Source of the DNA: a virus
Lineage: Duplodnaviria; Caudoviricetes
Strand: one strand, 5' to 3'
Length of the DNA stretch: 43,537 nt
Virus record (IMG/VR): IMGVR_UViG_3300017757_000027
Location: 1 to 43,537 of that record
The notes below the pieces were generated by a model. The model ran no database searches and was not told the origin of the DNA. It worked only from the letters and a program-made list of their open reading frames with translations. Position 1 is the first letter of the stretch, and each line of letters begins with the position of its first letter. Positions 27,075 through 36,452 of this stretch are shown piece by piece. The position numbers and the translations under genes are program-made.

Positions 27075-28433
27075 TTAAAGACAATAGTAGTTTCCGCAAC
27101 TTGCCGTTATTATTCGTCCTACTTGAGTGCATTGCCTTTGTCTACCAATAGGGCCGCAGGGGAAATCTGCGCAAACGCAATCTTTGTTCACCGCATCGTC
27201 CATATTACCCTCCTCACAAGTATCGGATATTAACTGCCACATTGGGACGGACATTAGCCCTTGTCCTCCTTTACACTCATAAGTACACCCACCCTCGCAT
27301 CCGACCCCAAGCCCCTCGCACGATTGGCATGGCTGTAGAAAAACCTGCGAGCAAGAAGCGGTTATCGGATCGTATCCGGGTGGACAGGTTCCATCAGATG
27401 GGGATGTACATATTCTATTTATATACTCTTTCCCTGACTCATAAGGAGGGCTGGCGCACGGTGCAGGTTCGTCGCACTTGATGCAACCTTTTGGTCCACC
27501 GGGAGGACCAGTACTGCTAGTGGTGGTGAAAACGTCTGAATCTATGCAGAATGGTTCATCAACACATGTTGCGGTATATTGCTTGCATCGTATGTCAGGT
27601 TCCCCGAAGCGGTCTTCAAATTGTCCGCAATTACCTTGTGTTGCATCGTGGCATGAAATAAATTTGCCGATACCGTCTGATACATTATAGCAGCAGCATT
27701 TAAAGGGGGTTTGGGTGGTTGATGTGGTTGTAGAGGTAGTAGAGGTTGTGGAGGTAGTGGAAGTAGTGGAAGTAGTGGAGGAGGTTGTGGATGAGGTTGT
27801 GGATGAGGTTGTTGGTGGGGATGTTGTATTTTCCACACACTTACACAAATCACAGTTAAAAAACTGATATTCGGGACAGTTAATAAATGCCGCATCTTTA
27901 CAGCCGCACTGCAAAGCGGGGCAGGGGCATGGAGTAGTACTAGAGGTGGTTGTACTTGTAGTTGTTGGATCGCAATCACCTTCGCACTCACACGTTTCGC
28001 AATTCAACTTACAATCTGGATTAACTAAGTGGCAGTCCTTGTACACTATTGCGGTATCACAACATTCTAGAAAATTACATGGGCAAGCTGTAGTAGTGGT
28101 TCCTTCTTTACACTCACAGTCTACACAGTCAAAAAATTGACCTTCGTCACAGAAGCGAAAAGGACCACAACCTTCACCACAATTAGAGAAGGGGCAAGGA
28201 CATGGAGTTGTGGTGGTAGAGGACGTTGTTGTTGGCGGATCGGGACAAGTTACCTGCGCACAAGTCTTTCCGGAATGACATTCATAAAACCAAGACTTTT
28301 GAGAGCAATCAGCGCATGGTACATTGTTTTCACAAACAATAATGTCTCCTGCGGGGGTTGATACTAAATAGCAACAAGCGCCTTCTGGGGGTGGTGGTGG
28401 TGGCGTCCCTCCGCAGCAGCAAAAATAACTCAT
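27075..28433 (-). CDS. Cys-rich, Thr/Ser-tract (mucin-like) protein (452 aa)
   Basis: About 63 Cys by hand count, in modules separated by poly-Thr/Ser/Pro linkers; GGAG SD; no signal peptide visible. Confidence 0.8.
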   Translation of the reverse strand: MSYFCCCGGTPPPPPPEGACCYLVSTPAGDIIVCENNVPCADCSQKSWFYECHSGKTCAQVTCPDPPTTTSSTTTTPCPCPFSNCGEGCGPFRFCDEGQFFDCVDCECKEGTTTTACPCNFLECCDTAIVYKDCHLVNPDCKLNCETCECEGDCDPTTTSTTTSSTTPCPCPALQCGCKDAAFINCPEYQFFNCDLCKCVENTTSPPTTSSTTSSTTSSTTSTTSTTSTTSTTSTTTSTTQTPFKCCCYNVSDGIGKFISCHDATQGNCGQFEDRFGEPDIRCKQYTATCVDEPFCIDSDVFTTTSSTGPPGGPKGCIKCDEPAPCASPPYESGKEYINRICTSPSDGTCPPGYDPITASCSQVFLQPCQSCEGLGVGCEGGCTYECKGGQGLMSVPMWQLISDTCEEGNMDDAVNKDCVCADFPCGPIGRQRQCTQVGRIITASCGNYYCL

Positions 28434-28446
28434 ATTTCACGATCTC

Positions 28447-31134
28447 CTAAGTTCCAGAGCAGCTTACATACATAGGTCTGTTTTCGCCGTTAACCCTTGC
28501 GGTAATAACAAAAGCTGTACCACCATCAGCACCGGGACCATGAATACTTAACCTTGCATCTCTGTTTGTGACCCATATTTTAGTAGATGTGGCTAAACCA
28601 TCTAGCGTCTTAATGCTCATCAATCCACTGGTCGGATTAGAGTAATCACTAGGTGCGTCTATATACTCGTCCATTAATCCTTCAAAATGTCCCCACCAAG
28701 ATTCATTTTCTATTCTTACTCCATCACCCTTATGTGTGATGTGTGTAATAAGATCACCAGAAGTATCTAAGCGAGATTGTCCAATATCATTATTAAACCA
28801 AGTTTGTATATTAGGCTTATTCTTATGACCGTCAATTATATCACTTCTACGCACTTCAAGTGGTGCTTCTGGCTGAAGTCTAGCTTTACCTATAGATATT
28901 AATCCTTCAGTGTGACAAGCTCCAGCGATTGTGTTTTGTATATTAAGTCTATTGCTTAACTGACCAGACGAATACATCAATCTTTCATCATGATCTAGCC
29001 CAGTAACAATCTCAATATTAGCGCGACCCCCTTCAAAAACTGGGTCTAGTGAAACCTCACCTCTTAAAGCGTGTTCGCCTATACCTATAGAATTTGGTTG
29101 ACTAGCATTAATTCCAGCACTTGATCCAATATAAATAGAATCTGAAGACTGGTCTGCATTTTTTCCTGCATTAGCGCCTATAAATATACTATTTTCTATA
29201 CTATCACAATCATATCCAGCACGATAACCAAGAAATACTGACGCTGTGTCTGTTGCCAATCCCACATTTGGCGTAGTGGCATATCTACCTGCTTCTGAGC
29301 CTATCATTACCGTGTGCTTCCAACCCGTAGCTTGGGTTGCAACATCACATCCTATAAAGACCACAGACTGATTTTTATCTTTAGGAATGTCTGCTTCCGC
29401 ATTACTCCAAATATGATTACAGTTGTTGGAGACAGATGCAAATCCGCTACCCACGTAATCCGATAAAGCCTGAATACTCATTCTGCTTATGTGTTGAGAA
29501 TTATTTAAATCAACAGCTAGGTATGATGTTTGTGTGTCTATACCCTCAAGTATGGATACGTAGTTGTCGGAATCATACAAGTTTGCAAAATCTAAATCAA
29601 AAAACGTAGAAGATGGTGTTTTTCTTGCTATTAATCCAGAGCCAGCGGATATGTTTAAATCTCCAAGACCATCTATAACATCTCCGTTGCCAAATCTAAT
29701 TGATCCCAGTAAACGAAGATCTCCGCTAATGGCAACAAACGGTCTTAACGGGTCTGCCAACGCAAAGTCAGCGGATAAGCCATCAATGGTTCCGCTTGGA
29801 TCAAAATCTACTAAAGTTTGAGAACCCCCAAGCTTGTTAGTAAATCTAAAGGATGCTCTGGCTTTAGACTGTAAAGTGTTGAGATCATCTTTAAAATCAA
29901 ATAGGTGGTGCTGTCTAGGGTTTGATCCAAGTGATTCCACAGATTGTGTTATCACAGTTCTGTGTACACTAGCGTCAAGGGATATAGAGGCTGTATCTGC
30001 TCCAAAAGATTTTACACCAAAAACCCTTCCATTGCTACCCCCTAGAGACCCCTCAATAAGAGGGGCGTCACCAAACCCGATAGCTAAAGTAAAATCTTCT
30101 AATTCTGTCGCATCTTGATAGAGACCTGTTCCTATTAAAATATTAAAATCTTTAGCTACTTCTGATCCTCCATGTGCGTTTCTATAGCCAATTATAGTAT
30201 TTGAGCTACCCCTTGGAGAAGTAAAGCTGTAAGCACCCACTATGGTATTGGAATTTTCTGATACTAAAGATTTACCAGCCATAGCTCCAAGAAGCGTATT
30301 AAAATCGCCGCTATCTAAATCTCTACCGGCCTGAAACCCAAAGGTCGTATCAGCTAAAAGTTTAATATTACTGCCACATTCAGATACACTTTTTGGAGCT
30401 TCTATTCCAGCAAATGTATTTTGTAAACCGTCTGTGAAAACTGATCCACTAGGATGAGATAAATTAAAGATATTACCATCATCGTTTCTGAAGTAAAGAC
30501 TTTGTGTTGGAACGTTGCATTTTGAACCCGTCTTGACATAAACCTTACCGAAAGTACTGCTTGTGTCGGGATCGCAAGATTGCTCTTTCATGGCTATTGT
30601 GCCACTATTGCAAGTTCCGCTGTGCCAAATAGTTAATGGAGAATTAGCCAAAAACATTCTAGTCTGACCTGTTTCGTCTCGCCATTTTGGTGATCCTATA
30701 CCAACAAAGCCAAGCTCACTCACAGACATAAACCCAACTTCAACACCCTCACAGCCACTCGCTTTTAATAAAGAAAAGTCAACAACGGTGCTATCAGTAG
30801 CTCCTACGTCTACACCCGCAGGACCATTAATAACACTATCATCAAGAGTTGGGTCGTAAGAGATATGAAGCCCAGAGGCTTTTACATTACCGTTTCCTAA
30901 CAGTTCAATGTTACTTCTTGTTTTATCAAGAGTGGCAAGTCTTATATTTGACTCGCCAATAGATTGAGTATTAAATATTGTGCTAGGAACTATAGGATCT
31001 TCGTTTTCGTCTCTCTTTGAGTTAGTAATTCCCACAAGTCCACGATGTCTCTGCTCCGCATTTCTCAGTACGGTCAACGCCTCCAAGATTTCGTCTTGGC
31101 CGTCATGCACATGTAGTGAAAATCTATCTTTCAT
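28447..31134 (-). CDS. Fibre/adhesin-like structural protein (895 aa)
   Basis: NT.(L/I)G..AG and S(V/I)(F/Y)(I/L)G..AG repeats; (V/I)xIG...P..PL.(I/V) fibre motifs. Confidence 0.7.
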   Translation of the reverse strand: MKDRFSLHVHDGQDEILEALTVLRNAEQRHRGLVGITNSKRDENEDPIVPSTIFNTQSIGESNIRLATLDKTRSNIELLGNGNVKASGLHISYDPTLDDSVINGPAGVDVGATDSTVVDFSLLKASGCEGVEVGFMSVSELGFVGIGSPKWRDETGQTRMFLANSPLTIWHSGTCNSGTIAMKEQSCDPDTSSTFGKVYVKTGSKCNVPTQSLYFRNDDGNIFNLSHPSGSVFTDGLQNTFAGIEAPKSVSECGSNIKLLADTTFGFQAGRDLDSGDFNTLLGAMAGKSLVSENSNTIVGAYSFTSPRGSSNTIIGYRNAHGGSEVAKDFNILIGTGLYQDATELEDFTLAIGFGDAPLIEGSLGGSNGRVFGVKSFGADTASISLDASVHRTVITQSVESLGSNPRQHHLFDFKDDLNTLQSKARASFRFTNKLGGSQTLVDFDPSGTIDGLSADFALADPLRPFVAISGDLRLLGSIRFGNGDVIDGLGDLNISAGSGLIARKTPSSTFFDLDFANLYDSDNYVSILEGIDTQTSYLAVDLNNSQHISRMSIQALSDYVGSGFASVSNNCNHIWSNAEADIPKDKNQSVVFIGCDVATQATGWKHTVMIGSEAGRYATTPNVGLATDTASVFLGYRAGYDCDSIENSIFIGANAGKNADQSSDSIYIGSSAGINASQPNSIGIGEHALRGEVSLDPVFEGGRANIEIVTGLDHDERLMYSSGQLSNRLNIQNTIAGACHTEGLISIGKARLQPEAPLEVRRSDIIDGHKNKPNIQTWFNNDIGQSRLDTSGDLITHITHKGDGVRIENESWWGHFEGLMDEYIDAPSDYSNPTSGLMSIKTLDGLATSTKIWVTNRDARLSIHGPGADGGTAFVITARVNGENRPMYVSCSGT

Positions 31135-31168
31135 TTATATGTTCCTGTTTCATATATTAAAATTAACA

Positions 31169-33565
31169 TCATGGACTTATTGTTGTGTAGCCAGCACCCT
31201 CTGTGGTTGTGGTAGTAGGCGCTGCCGTAGTAGTTGTCGTAGTAGTTGTCGTAGTAGTGGTGGTAGTAGTGGTGGTAGTCGTTGGCGAATCAGTAGTAGT
31301 GGTAGTCGTTGGTGATTCAGTGGTACTGGTAGTTGAAGTAGTTGTAGTGCAAGGCGTATTCTCACCGCTCGCTACGTCATCGCAGGTCTTTCCGCGATAC
31401 CAAGTACCGGGAATTGCTGCGTCAATACATGCACTCTCAGTTGACTGGAAGCAATATCCAGTAAACCCAGCACCGCAGCAAGCACCTGTGTCGCAACCGT
31501 TGACATCATCTGGTGTGTATAACCCGTAGTCATCACAGAACACACAACACTGAAAATCACCATCAATAGCCACTAAAGCTCCTAGATCATTACAGCAAGT
31601 AAATCCTTCTCCTGCATGTCCTCCGGGATTGCAAGGAGGCTCTCTATCCGGTGCGCACGTAGTCGTAGTTGAGGTTGTGCTACTTGTAGTTGTTGAGGTA
31701 GTTGTGGTTGTATTACATTCATCACAATTTGATACAGGATTGCAATCATTATTAGCTATAGAATTTGTACAAGCCTCCCACTGAGGACCGCAAATGAATG
31801 TTCCATCTGGCGATGCTATTGTACGACACCAAATAGCATGAGGAGGAGGAAGAACTGTGGTACTAGTCGTAGAAGAGGTTGTAGTAGAAGTTGTAGTTGG
31901 GCCTACGGTTGTAGATGTAGTAGTTGGCTCTACAGTGGTAGATGTAGTCGTAGCTGGCATTAAAGTGCTTGCGCACCCAGAAACAAAAACGTCAATTTCG
32001 TCATGATAAATCCAACTAAATCCACGTAAGGTGTCGCAGGTTTTAATTCTAGAGGCGTACATCTGTTCAATTTGAACACCAGAATCCACACTGCCGTACA
32101 TAACAGATAGATCAATACCGCTAACATTTCCATCGTCTAGGATGTGACTTCCAGAGTTAGAAACAAAATTATGATCTTTACAGCAAAAACCGCTATCAAT
32201 AACACCCATACTGCCAAAATTGACACCGGAGCAAGAAGTATCACCCTTGATTTTTATACCTTGGCAGCCGCTTTGAACCACCAACGCTAAAGAGCCTTTA
32301 CCTAAAACCCTATCAGTTTGTAAGTGGTTTCCCGATGTAATCTCTATACTTATGTTAGATTCCCATCTTGATCTAGAGAAGTGACTATCCACCTCTAGGC
32401 ATGACAACGTGGCGTCTGGGAATCTATACAAAAATGTATAATCTCTTCTGTAGTCGTGTCCGCTAGAGTGAACTTCAAATCCAGCGCCGTCTAAAGCCTG
32501 ATCGCTTAGATAACCACAGACCGCAGAGTTATGAAAACCTAAGTCGCCCTCACACAAACCACTAGTAGCGAGATGCAATGTTTTACAATCATACATGCAC
32601 TCATCTATATGGTTGTATGTAACGTCATTTGCATGTAATCTACCAGATATTAGGACATCGTTGAAATAACCATCCCACAACAACTTGTCGCCAGTATTGG
32701 CATCAAAGTGACCCAAGGCGTATACAGAATCTTTATTTGGGACAACATGACCATCTATTGTTAGTATACCCTGATCCCCAGAGGGTGTCTCAGTGCCAAC
32801 GCCAATCTTGCCACCAGAAAAATATATAACCTCGTTAACAGATTTCCAAGCATATTCAGAAACACCTATATTACCAATTCCGCTAACGTAGGGGGATATA
32901 TCGCCTGAAACTTGTAAAGTTCCATAATCATGAAGATGGTTAACACCTAAGCCAAGTTTTCTATTTAAAAGATCTCCATACATTAAGGGGGGAGTTCCAG
33001 AATTTAATACTATGTCACAAGTATTACCAGCATCTAATCCGGGATAAACACCAATAGACAAGGTGTGATCGGTTCGCTCTCCCAGAAAATTACCCGCTCC
33101 ATGACCAATTGCTATGTTGTAATCACCATATCTATTGCTATATAAAGTATAATTACCTATACCTATATTTCCAGAGCCATTAACATTACCAGCGGTACTA
33201 TTAAGACCAACTCCAATGTTGTGATTTCCAGTTAAATTACAACCAAGGGCAAAAGAACCCACAGCAGTATTTCCGCTTGTTGCATAATTTGCGCCTAGAG
33301 CATAATAGCCTATAGCTGTATTATCAATGCTGCTTCTTCCGGCTAAATGTAGCTTCTGAAGCGCTAACTGACCAGCTTTTGTCGTTCTAACTTCCGGTGT
33401 TGCAAAGTTAAGACTATTGACATCTACGTTCTCTAAGAACATGTGTGTAGAGTCAATAAGATCTATTAAACTTACTCTTAAATCTCTAGGAGATATTTCT
33501 TGAGTAGAGTTATCTGGTAATAAAATACCAATATGCGATATATACTCTGACTTAGATAAAATCAT
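31169..33565 (-). CDS. Fibre-like structural protein with a C-terminal Thr-tract/Cys-rich mucin-like region (798 aa)
   Basis: NTAIG..AL repeats and a KIGVGTETP motif; the last ~260 aa alternate poly-Thr with Cys modules (GACC...GKTC). Confidence 0.8.
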   Translation of the reverse strand: MILSKSEYISHIGILLPDNSTQEISPRDLRVSLIDLIDSTHMFLENVDVNSLNFATPEVRTTKAGQLALQKLHLAGRSSIDNTAIGYYALGANYATSGNTAVGSFALGCNLTGNHNIGVGLNSTAGNVNGSGNIGIGNYTLYSNRYGDYNIAIGHGAGNFLGERTDHTLSIGVYPGLDAGNTCDIVLNSGTPPLMYGDLLNRKLGLGVNHLHDYGTLQVSGDISPYVSGIGNIGVSEYAWKSVNEVIYFSGGKIGVGTETPSGDQGILTIDGHVVPNKDSVYALGHFDANTGDKLLWDGYFNDVLISGRLHANDVTYNHIDECMYDCKTLHLATSGLCEGDLGFHNSAVCGYLSDQALDGAGFEVHSSGHDYRRDYTFLYRFPDATLSCLEVDSHFSRSRWESNISIEITSGNHLQTDRVLGKGSLALVVQSGCQGIKIKGDTSCSGVNFGSMGVIDSGFCCKDHNFVSNSGSHILDDGNVSGIDLSVMYGSVDSGVQIEQMYASRIKTCDTLRGFSWIYHDEIDVFVSGCASTLMPATTTSTTVEPTTTSTTVGPTTTSTTTSSTTSTTVLPPPHAIWCRTIASPDGTFICGPQWEACTNSIANNDCNPVSNCDECNTTTTTSTTTSSTTSTTTTCAPDREPPCNPGGHAGEGFTCCNDLGALVAIDGDFQCCVFCDDYGLYTPDDVNGCDTGACCGAGFTGYCFQSTESACIDAAIPGTWYRGKTCDDVASGENTPCTTTTSTTSTTESPTTTTTTDSPTTTTTTTTTTTTTTTTTTTAAPTTTTTEGAGYTTISP
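31200..31350 (-). repeat. Low-complexity ACN-codon tract encoding poly-Thr
   Basis: GTAGTAGTTGTC and GTAGTAGTGGTG iterations on the + strand. Confidence 0.9.
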
Positions 33566-33588
33566 GAACAGCGAACCTTATGAGGGAT

Positions 33589-34086
33589 TTACTTGAAACT
33601 GATTTGCAATGTACTCATATCAAATTTAACTGTATCTCCAGCGTAGATGATACGTGGGTTGTCCAGTGCGGCGTGCATTAAGAGATTTCCAGTACCCCAC
33701 TCTCCAGAGTCAACTATAGCAATGCCTGAAACCCATCCCCAATCAACAAGGGCTGCACTACCATCCCCTTCATCAAATAAGAATTGGCTTCTATTTTTTA
33801 TTAAACCAGAGCCTTGCTCGTGTTCCTCTGTGTCGTAATTCCATACATTATCGCCTAGTGTGGAAGGGTTTCCTAAATTTAAACGTCTATACCCCGTGTC
33901 CACATTATCTAATCCAGATGGTAATTCTTGAAGACTACCATCATTATATTGATTTACGCCAGTATCTGAGTCGCTAGGCACACCGCTAGTTAAGGCAATA
34001 GCTATATTGGTGGGCTTGGCAAATGATTGTCCTCTAAATATATGATGTAGAAGACCAGATTCTAGATAATCTGATAAAGCTGCCAT
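33589..34086 (-). CDS. Conserved small virion structural protein (165 aa)
   Basis: LSDYLE..LL.H.FRG...GY.R...DWGWVSGIAIVD...GNLL motif, widespread in phage structural modules. Confidence 0.7.
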   Translation of the reverse strand: MAALSDYLESGLLHHIFRGQSFAKPTNIAIALTSGVPSDSDTGVNQYNDGSLQELPSGLDNVDTGYRRLNLGNPSTLGDNVWNYDTEEHEQGSGLIKNRSQFLFDEGDGSAALVDWGWVSGIAIVDSGEWGTGNLLMHAALDNPRIIYAGDTVKFDMSTLQISFK

Positions 34087-34133
34087 TGAAATACTCCTTT
34101 AGAATATCCTACAAATAAAACGTTTTATATCAT

Positions 34134-34144
34134 ATTATACACAA
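34134..34144 (-). promoter_or_regulatory. Putative late promoter TTGTGTATAAT
   Basis: Exact 11-mer also found at 37279 and 39344. Confidence 0.7.
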
Positions 34145-34179
34145 AAAAAGAGCCACTCCCAGAATAGAGAGTGACTCTT
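34143..34179 (-). terminator. Intrinsic terminator after the major capsid gene
   Basis: AAGAGTCACTCTC-TATTCT-GGGAGTGGCTCTT stem (2 G-U pairs) running into a T tract. Confidence 0.85.
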
Positions 34180-34207
34180 ATTAATTGAGGTTGTTATCCT
34201 AGTATTA

Positions 34208-35215
34208 CTAGAACGATCCCAAAATAACTCTTCTGTTATCAAGAACGCCAAAGCCAAGTTCAGCGAAACCGTAATAACCAGCACGTTGCTGCCTGTGAAG
34301 AGCAGGGTCTTCAAAAACCTCAACTTGCTGCTTCATTGGCATTATAAAGCTGTCGTTAGAAGACTGGTCCAATCCAACCACCAACTCAAGGTCAGAACCT
34401 TGAACAGCACCGCCAAGACCTTCAGTGAAGAAGGATTGATACTCTTGACCTTCGCCAAGCTCATCAAGATCGTGGAGGTTAACACCAAAGATTCTGGTGA
34501 TAGGCGCTCCACCTTCGGCGGCGGTGTAGATCTCACGACGAGTTACTTCGTCAATCTGATCAATACCCCAGTTGCGAACATCTTCCAATGCCTCTGGTGA
34601 TACGTAGAGGTCAGTCAAACGACCGCGATTAGCAGATCCAGTGTTACCGCCAGCATTACGGCGCATAACAGTCTGCAACAACGAAACCAAACGCTTGCTA
34701 AACAAGCCAGCAGTAGCGTCACCATCGTAAACCAAAATGTTACGATCAACGCCAGCAGCAAGAATGGTGTGCCATCCATCATCATTCATCTTTTTGACGA
34801 ATCCAGTCTCAAGGACTTGCATAGCACGACCAACAATATCCCAACGAGCTTCACGAGCATAACGAAGTAAGTAGTCAATGCTACTTGTGATGCTATAGGT
34901 TGGAATCGTAACGTAGTCGCCCTCAACGGCACGTTCAGGTACACGACCATGACCGGGATTTGTATAGGCTACATGCTCGCCCTCAAGTCCCGGAGAAATT
35001 AAGTCAAGAGGATACTCTGTAGAGGCCCCCGGCTCAATATTAATAGTTTCAAAAATATCACCAAGGATATTTCCGACTAAAACACCTTTACGCAATGGAA
35101 GTTCCAATGCTTTGGCGAATTCTCTTTGTGCGGCATAAGCAACGTTTTGATCGCTATCGCCAGATTTTTTCAGCAATGTGATGAATTCATCACTTGGTCT
35201 TTCTGAGTATGACAT
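34208..35215 (-). CDS. Major capsid protein (HK97 fold expected, 335 aa)
   Basis: Follows portal, protease and decoration genes; strong SD; followed by a terminator; C-terminal GYYGFAELGFGVLDNRRVILG pattern. Confidence 0.88.
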   Translation of the reverse strand: MSYSERPSDEFITLLKKSGDSDQNVAYAAQREFAKALELPLRKGVLVGNILGDIFETINIEPGASTEYPLDLISPGLEGEHVAYTNPGHGRVPERAVEGDYVTIPTYSITSSIDYLLRYAREARWDIVGRAMQVLETGFVKKMNDDGWHTILAAGVDRNILVYDGDATAGLFSKRLVSLLQTVMRRNAGGNTGSANRGRLTDLYVSPEALEDVRNWGIDQIDEVTRREIYTAAEGGAPITRIFGVNLHDLDELGEGQEYQSFFTEGLGGAVQGSDLELVVGLDQSSNDSFIMPMKQQVEVFEDPALHRQQRAGYYGFAELGFGVLDNRRVILGSF

Positions 35216-35240
35216 TATAAAATTCTCCTTATATTATGGA

Positions 35241-35735
35241 TTACGAGCCGTAGGCGTTAGGAAGGTTGACGTAAAGTTTAGCGTAACCATCGCCATCCGC
35301 ACGAGACATGAATCTTCCGATTGCAAGCTCACCAGACTGAGCGGCGAAAGTCGTACCATTACAAACAGCACCAGCCGTAAACGGAGATGCAAAAGCAAGC
35401 TCACCCGCGACTGGTGTGCCTTCAATATTACTAGTAACAACCCACCCACGAGTCATAACGGTAACTTTACCGCCCTTTTGAACTTCATCTTTATGTTGGT
35501 TAAGATGAGTTCTGGTCAAATCCTTATTAACAACATCGTTAAGAAGAATACCAACGGGAACGTCAGTGGCTACTGCTGTTCCATATTTTACAAGGTTTTC
35601 ACCCTGATCCATTGCTGCACCAGAAGCCAAGCCTTGGTCAGCGAGAATTACAACACCACCACGAGTGGCTACACCTTCGTTATAAAAGAACGAGATATCT
35701 GTTGATTCTTCGTATCTGTCTGCTTTAAGAGCCAT
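35241..35735 (-). CDS. Capsid decoration/cement protein (164 aa)
   Basis: Between scaffold and MCP; PVGILLNDVV...GGKVTVMTRGWVVT...IGRF motif of beta-tulip-like decoration proteins. Confidence 0.7.
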   Translation of the reverse strand: MALKADRYEESTDISFFYNEGVATRGGVVILADQGLASGAAMDQGENLVKYGTAVATDVPVGILLNDVVNKDLTRTHLNQHKDEVQKGGKVTVMTRGWVVTSNIEGTPVAGELAFASPFTAGAVCNGTTFAAQSGELAIGRFMSRADGDGYAKLYVNLPNAYGS

Positions 35736-35753
35736 TGTTAAATCTCCTTTAAA

Positions 35754-36452
35754 TTATTTAGAAATTCTGTTGTTATCAAACCAAGCAGCTACGCTAGCTC
35801 TGGTAGCTTCTACTTCATCGTATTCGTCTGACTCAACAAGAGTAGCTTCAGAAGTTTGAACACCTTCAAAATCTTCTGCTGTTACCTCTTCTTCTACTTC
35901 GTCAGCCTTTGCTTCTTTATCTTTTTTCTTCTTTTCCAGAGCTTCCTTGAGTGCTGGTGGCATTGCTGCTTCAGCATCTTCTTCTGCTGTAGGCTTCATT
36001 TTCATTGCTTTTTCATCTTCTTTTTTCTTCATCATAGCTACGATGGCATCAAATGCCTCTTCGCTCAATGCGTCAAGATTTGCAATGGACTCTTCCACCT
36101 CTTCCTCATTAAGACCAGCTTCTACAAGCGAAGCTTTTCTTTTCTCCATCTTTTCTTTCTTTTTCATCTCGTCCATCTCTTTCATTGCTTGTACAAGCTC
36201 ATTTTGAGATGATGCGAGTGAATCTTCAAGTTCAGCAACGCGAGCTTGAGTAGACTTAATACTATCTTCAAGTTCTGTAATTGTTGCTTGACTTTGATTA
36301 GCCTCAGACTCGTATACTTCCACTTTGGAAGCAAACTCTTTGTCTTTAACTTCTTCAATTTGAGCTTTGATGGCCTCATTTTCAGATTTGGCCTGAGAAA
36401 GCTGTGCTTTCACATCTTCCAACTGCTTTTCTAACAGTGATGTGTCTGACAT
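35754..36452 (-). CDS. Nested in-frame scaffolding protein (232 aa)
   Basis: Internal AGGAGATTTCAAAATG at the start of the coiled-coil region; same SD style as neighbouring genes. Confidence 0.65.
   Translation of the reverse strand: MSDTSLLEKQLEDVKAQLSQAKSENEAIKAQIEEVKDKEFASKVEVYESEANQSQATITELEDSIKSTQARVAELEDSLASSQNELVQAMKEMDEMKKKEKMEKRKASLVEAGLNEEEVEESIANLDALSEEAFDAIVAMMKKKEDEKAMKMKPTAEEDAEAAMPPALKEALEKKKKDKEAKADEVEEEVTAEDFEGVQTSEATLVESDEYDEVEATRASVAAWFDNNRISK

Noticed and set aside
27542-27991. Alternative-frame 149-aa Pro/Gln/Leu ORF
   Set aside because: Off-frame reading of the Thr/Ser tract; no SD or slippery site noticed.
31203-31529. Plus-strand poly-Val ORF resembling a membrane protein
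   Set aside because: Antisense shadow of the poly-Thr codons.
28447-33565. 798-aa and 895-aa genes as one broken gene
   Set aside because: Clean stop, 34-nt gap and an AGGA SD before the second gene; an ancestral fusion cannot be judged without homologs.
35856-36434. Phe-rich plus-strand ORFs
   Set aside because: Reverse complement of the Glu/Lys-rich scaffold.
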